From Candidatus Woesearchaeota archaeon (lineage in GTDB: Archaea > Nanobdellota > Nanobdellia > SCGC-AAA011-G17 > GW2011-AR18), in the NCBI GenBank assembly GCA_018302765.1, contig JAGVZG010000012.1:1-22087 (forward strand): a DNA stretch of 22,087 nt, read 5' to 3'. The notes below the pieces were generated by a model. It was not told where the DNA came from and did no database searches. It was given only the letters and a program-made list of their open reading frames with translations. This document shows, one piece after another, positions 15,036-22,087 of the stretch. Position 1 is the first letter of the stretch; the number at the start of each line of letters is the position of its first letter. The translations under genes and the position numbers were made by a program.

Positions 15036-16689
15036 TAATTATGAAGTTCGTACAGGGTTAACTTTAGATTTTAAAAGTAAATGGGGACTAGAAAGAATAA
15101 TTTTAGATTCTGTTTCAAATCATTTGCCTAATGACAGTAAAGGAAATACTACTTCTATTAAAGTTAAACAAAAAGGAAAACTAATAGATTTTAGACTTGC
15201 CAATTCAGAAGAAGAAATAGAAGAGGTTGTTGTAGAAGATGATGGAAGGGGTTATGATTCTAAATTATTAAGTACAATACTCTCACTTAAAGCATATGAT
15301 CTTCAAAGCGTTGGACAATTTGGTGAAGGTCTTAAAGGGGTTTCTGCTGCGTCATTAAGAAATAACATAAAAGTACAGTTTAGATCTAGAAACTGGATAG
15401 CAGAGCCATACGTTACATCAGAAGTTATCGAAGGTAAAAGTAGAGATATTCTTTATTTTAAAATTAAAGAAAACGGTGAAAAAATAAATGGATCAAGAAC
15501 TGTATTCACAGAGCCACCAAAAGAACTGGTTAAAGAATTACTCAGTATTCCTGATAAGATATTGTATTTCAACAGAGATTATGTAGAATTACACAATGAA
15601 AAAGACAATGTAAAATTTCCATTAGAAGATTTACTTAGAGGGTATAACGAATATATGGAAATAATATCTAATATTAATTCTGGTTCAATCTTAAATAAAA
15701 AAATAATAAAACAAAACTTTGGCGATTTTTTATTTTATCCTCAAAATATTAGATTACAGCAAGGTCCAAAATATAATTCAAGAATTATTGACTTAAAAAA
15801 TGGAAAAACAGACTTATTTGTAAAAAATGTTAGAGTCAAAGGGGTCTATTCTCTATACAGTTACGATCTAGGAATAGAAGAAATAGCAAGTGAAAGAAAC
15901 TTTGCAAATGAAGAAAAAGTTCTATCTGAAGTTAGGACGTTGTTAGAAGGCTGTGCAAATACAGAAGTAATAGAAAATGTAATAAAAGCTGCTGAAAAAA
16001 AAATAGATCATCAATTACTAGAATTAATTGTATTTAGGCCAATTAGACAAGAACAATCAAAAATAAATGAGCTTAATGAAATCAATAAAAATGAAATATC
16101 AGAAAGTTTATTTTTTCGTCAAATAAAAATATTGTATGACTCTGATTTATGGGTAAGGTCATTTAGAAAGTTATATGGTGAAAATGCAATATTGTCATCT
16201 CTTAATAATTTTGCTAATGGTGATGCAGAAACTATGGGTTACAAAGTTGTTAAACTTGATTCTGGAATTGCTAAATATTTACAGTCTAAAGGAATTAAGA
16301 ATGCAGATCAAATAAAATTTAGTCAAGAATATAGGTGGGTTGATGATTTGACAGATGAAGAGAAAAATATATTAAAAGAATGTCATAAGATAGATAAATA
16401 TTTAGGAATATCACCAGATCAAAGTATTGAAGTTAAAGTCTATTCTGGTTTATTTAGTGAAACTGGAAGGGAAATACCAACATCTTTAGGAGTTCAAATC
16501 ACAGAAAGAGACGGAAGAAAATATATAGGAATAAAAAGAGAAGCTCTAAAAGACCGTGAAACTTTTGTTGAAACTTACCATCATGAAAGAGGGCATTCAG
16601 TTACTGGCGCTCCAGATGAAGATAGGGCATTCGCAGATTATTTCATAAATAAACTAGCAGAACACTATATGCAAGACAATCCACAATAA
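15022..16689 (+). CDS. GHKL-family ATPase domain fused to a C-terminal HExxH zincin-like motif
   Basis: N-box-like ILD29SVSN33, G1 box VEDDGRG, G2 box VGQFGEGLK, GSRTVF strand; H521-E-R-G-H525 near the C-terminus. Confidence 0.7.
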   Translation: MTEINNYEVRTGLTLDFKSKWGLERIILDSVSNHLPNDSKGNTTSIKVKQKGKLIDFRLANSEEEIEEVVVEDDGRGYDSKLLSTILSLKAYDLQSVGQFGEGLKGVSAASLRNNIKVQFRSRNWIAEPYVTSEVIEGKSRDILYFKIKENGEKINGSRTVFTEPPKELVKELLSIPDKILYFNRDYVELHNEKDNVKFPLEDLLRGYNEYMEIISNINSGSILNKKIIKQNFGDFLFYPQNIRLQQGPKYNSRIIDLKNGKTDLFVKNVRVKGVYSLYSYDLGIEEIASERNFANEEKVLSEVRTLLEGCANTEVIENVIKAAEKKIDHQLLELIVFRPIRQEQSKINELNEINKNEISESLFFRQIKILYDSDLWVRSFRKLYGENAILSSLNNFANGDAETMGYKVVKLDSGIAKYLQSKGIKNADQIKFSQEYRWVDDLTDEEKNILKECHKIDKYLGISPDQSIEVKVYSGLFSETGREIPTSLGVQITERDGRKYIGIKREALKDRETFVETYHHERGHSVTGAPDEDRAFADYFINKLAEHYMQDNPQ

Positions 16690-16690
16690 T

Positions 16691-19291
16691 CTATTTCTGT
16701 AAGCTAATTTTAGCCTTAATCATATTATGCATTCTTTTTAAAAATTCATGCCTGTCTTCCATCTTCAAAATATCAGAATAGCTTTCAAGTATTAAATTAA
16801 ATGAAAAAGGGCTAGGTATCATTGTATTAAACTCAATAACTTTTGTTTTCCCTTCTTCAATTAACTTCAAAACCTCAATAGCATGTCCTATGTCCATTAA
16901 ATCTTCCAGAACTTCCCTTCTTGCCTCTTTTAAAATGCAAAAATCATCGCTTATTCTTCTTACAGCACTCAAAAGCAACATGCTGCTAACCTGCTGTCTT
17001 CCAACCCTTTTAGTTTGTCCCTTATAATTCCTCAAAATCATAAAAGCCCTTGCAGCGCAATGTCTAAATCTTCTCTTCAAAACCTCACTTTTATCTAAAG
17101 CCAATTTTAAAATATCTCTAAGCTGATCACTCTTTAATAATTTAAAAGCCTGCAAAGCATTAATTCTTTTAGGACAAGAAATATAGAATCCATTGTCATT
17201 TATTCCAACCTCTACATCTCTATGCTGATTTCTTCCTATAGCGAAAGCCAAAGCCCTTGACAAAACATCATTAACTCTTCTTCCATACAAACTATGAAAT
17301 AAAATATAATATTTATTATTCTCATCGATAAAATGCTCAACTACAATTTTTTTATGATTTGGAATATGTAAATACTTGTACTGATCATAGAAGTATCCAT
17401 AAATCGCTTCAGCAGCATTATTATCAACATACAAATAGTTATTAATAAAATTTAAAATATTCTCTTTACTTTTCCTATTTTGAAATTTATCTTCCATTAG
17501 CCATCTAAATTTTTGTATGTCTAAAGCTAAATCAAAGCTCAATGGAAGCATCTCAGAAAACCAGCTTGGTATTGTTGGCTTTTTACCTTCAGCAGTTTTA
17601 ACTTGGGCAACCATGCCTCTTGCAAATCTAAACTCATAAGTACTTCCTCCCAAAACAAAGATATCCCCAGGTTTTAATCTCTCTAAGAAATTCTCATCAA
17701 GATGACCAATGACTTGATCTCCAATTTTAACAACTATATAACTCTCATCAGGAATTGTTCCTATATTAGTCATATAAATTACTCTTCCTAATTTTCCCTT
17801 CTTTCCAATCTTACCTTCATTCTTCCAGATTTTAGCATAAACATATCTATCTTCTAAAGAAGCGAAATCTCCAGCCAAATAAGACAAAACTTCATTAAAA
17901 TCTTTATACTCTAAATTTTTATAGCAATAAGATTTTTTAATTAATTTATACAATTCACCTACATCCCAAACTTGTTCTAATGCTAAGCCATCAATTTGCT
18001 GAGCTAATACATCTAAACAATTTGTTGGGATATGTATTCTATCTATTTTCCTTTCTATTGCATCTTTAACCATAACACAACACTCAACTAAATCGTCTCT
18101 GTCTGTTGCAATAATTCTTGCTTTAATTGTAGAATGTAGTTGGTGACCTGAACGCCCAGCGCGCTGGAGTAAGCGTGCAATACTTTTTGGACTTCCCAAG
18201 CAAATTACTAAATCAATATAACCAATGTCTAAACCTAATTCTAAACTAGTCGAACTTACAATACATTTTAATTTGCCTTTCCTCAAAGCATCTTCCATTT
18301 TAAATCTATGTTCTTTACTCAAACTTCCATGATGAGCACCAATTAAACTAGAATATCCAGTAGGATCATCTTCAGTAATTTCTGTATATTTTTTTGGAAA
18401 TTTAGTCTTCAAATGATGAACAACTCTTTCAGTTCCGCTTCTTGTATTTGTAAATATAAGAGTAGTTCTATGCTCATGAATTAATTTATCTATTAATTTA
18501 TAAGTTTCATTACTTATTGCCTCATAAGTGGTATTAATTAAATCATCAACAGGGCTTATAACTTTTATATCAAAATCCTTGTTAAATCTAGAATCAACAA
18601 TCTTGCATTTTCTTTCATAGCCAACTAAAAACCTAGCAATTTCTTCCAATGGACTGATAGTTGCTGACAAACCAATCCTACACATCCCAGGACTTAAATG
18701 TTGTAATCTCTCTAAAGATAAGCTCAAATGAACTCCTCTTTTATTCTCAGCCAGACTATGTATTTCATCTACAATACACCAATCAATATTTTTTATAAAA
18801 TCTCTAAACTTAATTGAATTTAATAATATGGCGCAAGATTCTGGCGTTGTAATCAAAATATGTGGAGGTTTAGCCAGCATTTTAGCTTTCTCAGCAACAG
18901 TAGTATCTCCTGTTCTAACGCTAACTCTTATTCCAAATTTTTTACCAGCTATTTCCTCAATTTCTTTCAAAGGCTCAATTAAATTCTTATGAATGTCATT
19001 ATTAAGTGCCTTAAGTGGGGAAATATATATGCAGTATACTTTATCTTGCAAAATTCCTTTCTCACTTGAGTCTATTAATTCATTTAGTATTGCCAAAAAA
19101 GCTGTTATTGTCTTTCCAGAACCAGTAGGGGCAGAGATCAAAATATTGTTCCTAGAATGTACTTCCATAACTCCAAATTTCTGAGGCAAAGAAAATTCTT
19201 TAAATTTACTAAAAAACCATTCTCTAATATAAGGATGCAATAAATTCTTTATGTCTTCAGAGCTGTCTGGCTTATCTTTGAATGAAATCAT
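16691..19291 (-). CDS. lhr: Lhr-family SF2 ATP-dependent helicase
   Basis: APTGSGKT, YISPLKALNND, ITTPES, DEIH, SAT, HHGSLS, SSTSLELGLDIG and QRAGRSGH motifs; Lhr-specific LDVLAQQ and HSLYGRRVN; 866 aa. Confidence 0.93.
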   Translation of the reverse strand: MISFKDKPDSSEDIKNLLHPYIREWFFSKFKEFSLPQKFGVMEVHSRNNILISAPTGSGKTITAFLAILNELIDSSEKGILQDKVYCIYISPLKALNNDIHKNLIEPLKEIEEIAGKKFGIRVSVRTGDTTVAEKAKMLAKPPHILITTPESCAILLNSIKFRDFIKNIDWCIVDEIHSLAENKRGVHLSLSLERLQHLSPGMCRIGLSATISPLEEIARFLVGYERKCKIVDSRFNKDFDIKVISPVDDLINTTYEAISNETYKLIDKLIHEHRTTLIFTNTRSGTERVVHHLKTKFPKKYTEITEDDPTGYSSLIGAHHGSLSKEHRFKMEDALRKGKLKCIVSSTSLELGLDIGYIDLVICLGSPKSIARLLQRAGRSGHQLHSTIKARIIATDRDDLVECCVMVKDAIERKIDRIHIPTNCLDVLAQQIDGLALEQVWDVGELYKLIKKSYCYKNLEYKDFNEVLSYLAGDFASLEDRYVYAKIWKNEGKIGKKGKLGRVIYMTNIGTIPDESYIVVKIGDQVIGHLDENFLERLKPGDIFVLGGSTYEFRFARGMVAQVKTAEGKKPTIPSWFSEMLPLSFDLALDIQKFRWLMEDKFQNRKSKENILNFINNYLYVDNNAAEAIYGYFYDQYKYLHIPNHKKIVVEHFIDENNKYYILFHSLYGRRVNDVLSRALAFAIGRNQHRDVEVGINDNGFYISCPKRINALQAFKLLKSDQLRDILKLALDKSEVLKRRFRHCAARAFMILRNYKGQTKRVGRQQVSSMLLLSAVRRISDDFCILKEARREVLEDLMDIGHAIEVLKLIEEGKTKVIEFNTMIPSPFSFNLILESYSDILKMEDRHEFLKRMHNMIKAKISLQK

Positions 19292-19421
19292 AAGCCAAAT
19301 ACTGAGAATAACTTAAAAAGCCTTGTGTGCAATAAATTCAATGCCGTCCACACCCTAACTAGAAAATATATATTTGAAATGTATAAGAAAAGCTTATGAG
19401 GTTTTCTATGTTTTTCTTAAT

Positions 19422-20009
19422 ATGTTATTAAATATAATCCATCCATATGTATTCAAACTAATTGGAGATACTTTAAACATAGGACCAATAGAAGAATTCG
19501 TTGACAGAGACACAAAGGTTAAAACATTAGTTGAAAAAGTTCAAAAGTCTGGAGGAAAAGTACTACTTCACAACTATAGTGATGGTAATCTTATAAGAGA
19601 AGTCATGCATAAATCAGCTTTTTATGAAGATCCGCTGTTCTCTTTTTTATTTGAAGAGGACATAGAAAAAGTAACTACAACTCCTTATGGCGTACCAATA
19701 CTAGACAAAAAACCAGCAAATATCAAAGAAAATGACTGGAATGTTCTGTTGGGAATTTATACAAAGCATTCAGAATTAAGAATAAAAACAGAAGGTCATG
19801 AAACGATAGCTTTTATAGGTGGTGCTCTTGAAAGATGTCTAGCAAATGCTGCAATTTATTTTGCCAAAAATTATAGGACAAATGGACAAAAGATTTTTTA
19901 TGTTCCTGAACTATGTGTGTCATTTGGAGAAAAAGGAGAAGCATTGGTAAAATTAGCTGAGAATGGAATAGAAACGATGAAGTATGAAGATGCATTGCAT
20001 TTAAACTAA
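19422..20009 (+). CDS. Hypothetical protein, possible cysteine-hydrolase (isochorismatase-like) fold
   Basis: Start taken at ATG 19422 (MLLNIIHPY) rather than the track's TTG. IAFIGGALERCLANAA loosely resembles the catalytic-Cys strand-helix of isochorismatase-like proteins; the match is weak. Confidence 0.55.
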   Translation: MLLNIIHPYVFKLIGDTLNIGPIEEFVDRDTKVKTLVEKVQKSGGKVLLHNYSDGNLIREVMHKSAFYEDPLFSFLFEEDIEKVTTTPYGVPILDKKPANIKENDWNVLLGIYTKHSELRIKTEGHETIAFIGGALERCLANAAIYFAKNYRTNGQKIFYVPELCVSFGEKGEALVKLAENGIETMKYEDALHLN

Positions 20010-20073
20010 GAGTCTATTTCAATAGGTAAAAAAATGCTATAATTAAAAGTTATGTCTAACGATTTCGAACCTG

Positions 20074-20095
20074 CTGAGAGAGGCCTCTTACTCAG
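20074..20095. repeat. GC-rich inverted repeat overlapping the stop codon of the DGR-target-like gene
   Basis: CTGAG-AGAGGCCTCT-TA-CTCAG: a perfect 10-bp palindrome flanked by 5-bp arms with a 2-nt bulge. Confidence 0.75.
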
Positions 20096-20840
20096 AAAAT
20101 TTTTGCGTGGCTACGTCACTTACTACGACGACCCGACCGTCAGAACCCGAGTCAGCCAATAGACTACTGGCCGAGCCCAGATTCAGGCTCCTGCACAAGT
20201 ACAACCTAGACAGGCCAGAATCTCTTGTGTATAAAGTTCTATTTCCTTTTAATACTGCTATTTTTGGTAACCCTGTAGATTCGTCTACATCAGAAGAATT
20301 AAATCTAGAATCATTAGGGCTATTTAAAACTGGAGCGTAAATTGACCTTGCATCTTCTTTTAATCTAAAAGATAGACCATAATTAGAATCTGAATCAACT
20401 CTTAATTCAAGATCTGTCAAATTTATTAAAACTGGATATTGAAATTCTGGATTTCTTGCTCTTAATTGTTTTGTTAGGTCTCTTGCAAGATAACTATTTG
20501 GATTTTCTTCACTTCTTAAAACTAAACCTGTATCTTCATAATTTTCTCTTAATTCTAAAACTCTTAATTTCAATGCTTTTTCAAGATCTGCTTGTGTTGC
20601 AGTTCTCAAGTTCTCTTGAGCTAATACTTCATTAGCTAGAACAACTGCAAAAGGATTAGAGCCTGCAACTAAACCATCTTGAATATTTAATACTCTTAGA
20701 TTTTCATTATTTTCATACTTATCGCTCATTCTTCTATAATATTCTGCTAGAAATTCTCTTCCAAATTTTCCTTCTAAGAAGCCTATCATTGGAACTGTTT
20801 CAGGATCAACTAATAGTTTACCTTTGAATTCAGATTTCAT
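20088..20840 (-). CDS. Probable DGR target (variable) protein, C-type-lectin-like fold predicted
   Basis: The C-terminus SGLSRLYLCRSLNLGSASSLLADSGSDGRVVVVS alternates invariant and variable positions and is encoded by a compositionally distinct, adenine-poor segment. The CLec fold is inferred from known DGR targets, not seen directly. Confidence 0.75.
   Translation of the reverse strand: MKSEFKGKLLVDPETVPMIGFLEGKFGREFLAEYYRRMSDKYENNENLRVLNIQDGLVAGSNPFAVVLANEVLAQENLRTATQADLEKALKLRVLELRENYEDTGLVLRSEENPNSYLARDLTKQLRARNPEFQYPVLINLTDLELRVDSDSNYGLSFRLKEDARSIYAPVLNSPNDSRFNSSDVDESTGLPKIAVLKGNRTLYTRDSGLSRLYLCRSLNLGSASSLLADSGSDGRVVVVSDVATQKFSE
20107..20219 (-). other. DGR variable region (VR) candidate with 3' GNA-triloop mini-hairpin
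   Basis: 66/120 nt G+C at 20101-20220 versus 18/60 immediately upstream in the gene (20221-20280); 11 A in 93 coding nt (20219-20127); GTGAC-GTA-GCCAC hairpin at 20119-20107. Confidence 0.75.
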
Positions 20841-20862
20841 GACTTTTATGATTTTGTTAGAA

Positions 20863-20900
20863 TTTATAAATATTTTCTATTGTTATTACTTATTAGTAAT
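20863..20900 (-). promoter_or_regulatory. Palindromic operator plus TATA box of the DGR-target-like gene
   Basis: On the minus strand: ATTACT-AATA-AGTAAT (20900-20885), a 14-nt spacer, TTTATAAA (20870-20863), then 22 nt to ATG 20840. Confidence 0.6.
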
Positions 20901-21090
20901 TAAATAAATCCAACAGTTTTCAGAACGTTTTTTCCCATTAACTTACCATAAGAACCATTTTCAGCTTCAAATTTTGCTTTTAGATATCCAACAATAAAAC
21001 TATAACTTTAAATGATTCAATTCCAAGCCACAGTGCACCAACTGCTAAAACTGAATAAATTGATCTTTGAATATATTTTCCAACTATCAT
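20900..21090 (-). pseudogene. Possible frameshifted small membrane-protein gene
   Basis: ATG 21090 gives MIVGKYIQRSIYSVLAVGALWLGIESFKVIVLLLDI*. A second frame, open from about 21007, reads SYSFIVGYLKAKFEAENGSYGKLMGKNVLKTVGFI* to 20900. One added base at TTT AAA would join them into 63 aa. Confidence 0.3.
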
Positions 21091-21119
21091 TCTAAATTTT
21101 CTAACTTTACTTATCTTCT

Positions 21120-21971
21120 TTATGCTAAAATTCTAACAACTCTATTTTCATTCAACAATTGTTCTTTACTTCTTAATAAAGCGTCTCTAGCCATAGAAGC
21201 CATAACTTTATCAGATACGTCTAGCAATAAGCCAACACTTCTAGGTTCAGACAATCCTAAGTAAACAGTATCAATTACTGGTTTAGGATTTTGTAATAAT
21301 AAAAATTTCCTGCATCTAAGATTAATTGCCTCAGAGTCATATCTCTCACTTTCCAATAAATTATAAACTCTTTTTTTATCTATTAATTTATCACCATCAA
21401 ACATTATGTCTAAAGCCCACAAATCCCCATAGCCAAGGCTGTTAATAAAATGATCAGAAATCAATTCATTACAACTATCAAAATCTTTAGGAAACTGTTC
21501 CCATAAATACTTATTGACACAAAGTTCAGGAAGCAAGCTATATCTTATAGTAAGGTATTGTCTTCTAGAATCTCCAGAAGCTTTAACTAGACCAGGAAGA
21601 TTTTCTGCAATAGTATCCATAGTCTTCTCTTCTCTATTTTTAATGTTTTTAATAACATTTATATTTTGCAAATCTATAACTGCTAATTCCAAAGGACTGA
21701 TATCTACATCTTTACAAGGACCATGAACAAGCTGCCTTCCAAATTCATTAACCATATTTAAAACTGCCTGGGCTTTTTTACTTAAAAGCTCTGAAATATC
21801 TTCTTTTTTTGGCGCAGTATATTTCATTATAGTAATTAAACATAAGAGATTCTCAGGGCCGACAAATTCAATATTTTCATTGAGCAAAACTACAGGTCTT
21901 CTCTTATACTCAACACTGCAAAAAACAGTGTTCTCAACTAAATTATCATAAATTGGTAAAACTATTGGCAT
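21120..21971 (-). CDS. Hypothetical protein (about 283 aa)
   Basis: Long ORF with genome-typical composition; start taken at ATG 21971 (MPIVLP) rather than TTG 21983; no motif recognised. Confidence 0.7.
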   Translation of the reverse strand: MPIVLPIYDNLVENTVFCSVEYKRRPVVLLNENIEFVGPENLLCLITIMKYTAPKKEDISELLSKKAQAVLNMVNEFGRQLVHGPCKDVDISPLELAVIDLQNINVIKNIKNREEKTMDTIAENLPGLVKASGDSRRQYLTIRYSLLPELCVNKYLWEQFPKDFDSCNELISDHFINSLGYGDLWALDIMFDGDKLIDKKRVYNLLESERYDSEAINLRCRKFLLLQNPKPVIDTVYLGLSEPRSVGLLLDVSDKVMASMARDALLRSKEQLLNENRVVRILA

Positions 21972-21998
21972 TTTATATCTCAAAAAATGTGACGTCCT

Positions 21999-22018
21999 CT
22001 CAGGCCTAAAGGCCTGAG
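21999..22018. repeat. Perfect GC-rich hairpin (terminator-like or DGR-type cruciform)
   Basis: CTCAGGCC-TAAA-GGCCTGAG: 8-bp stem with a 4-nt loop. Confidence 0.8.
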
Positions 22019-22023
22019 CTTCC

Positions 22024-22087
22024 TTAGTTTGAAACCAAACAGTGGTGCGTATCCTGATTGTTCACGTATGAAATTGTTTTCTCTAGG
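22024..22087 (-). CDS. Possible 3' end of a gene entering from the right edge
   Basis: One frame reads LEKTISYVNNQDTHHCLVSN* with TAA at 22024-22026, 5 nt before the hairpin. Another frame stays open to a TGA at 21980. The real frame cannot be decided from this window. Confidence 0.3.
   Translation of the reverse strand, partial: LEKTISYVNNQDTHHCLVSN

Noticed and set aside
18993-19184. Plus-strand 63-aa ORF
   Set aside because: Antisense to lhr.
19813-19995. Minus-strand 60-aa ORF
   Set aside because: Antisense to the 19422-20009 gene.
20059-20075. GCAGGTTCGAAATCG on the minus strand, resembling a tRNA T-arm
   Set aside because: Does not match GGTTCGAATCC spacing, and no acceptor, D or anticodon arms fold around it; not called a tRNA or att site.
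20107-20340. Plus-strand 77-aa ORF over the GC-rich segment
   Set aside because: Antisense to the DGR-target-like gene; the open frame is explained by the local GC rise.
21067-21726. Plus-strand ORFs 21067-21264 and 21514-21726
   Set aside because: Antisense to the 21120-21971 gene.
1-22087. DGR template repeat, reverse transcriptase, CRISPR array, rRNA/tRNA genes, transposases
   Set aside because: Looked for by eye on both strands and none was recognised: no second copy of the VR, no YxDD-type RT ORF, no regularly spaced repeats.

Overview
AT-rich (roughly 30% GC in the blocks I counted) chromosomal window from an archaeon, most likely DPANN (Woesearchaeota/Pacearchaeota-like). This is inferred from the class I CCA enzyme, Kae1, aCPSF1/FttA next to the proteasome beta subunit, PAC2 chaperone, archaeal Lhr, an S-layer-type gene, and TATA boxes about 22-26 nt before start codons. 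Housekeeping genes alternate with accessory genes. The strongest unusual signal is the 3' end of the 250-aa ORF at 20088-20840. It has the nucleotide signature of a diversity-generating retroelement (DGR) variable region: a sharp jump to 55% GC, adenine-free invariant codons, AAY-derived variable codons and 3' hairpins. No template repeat or reverse transcriptase is visible in the window. Other notable items: a circularly permuted alpha/beta-hydrolase; an unannotated RHH gene coupled to a GHKL-ATPase/HExxH fusion; an ATTACT-N4-AGTA(A/G)T palindrome exactly 14 bp upstream of the TATA box in both the RHH and DGR-target promoters; a JAB/MPN-like protein with an N-terminal hydrophobic segment; a VAO/PCMH-family flavoprotein lacking the canonical phenol-binding residues; and an unannotated 8-Cys mini-protein coupled to a CcdA-like gene. 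No rRNA, tRNA, CRISPR array or transposase was recognised. All family calls come from motif recognition by eye; no database searches were run.
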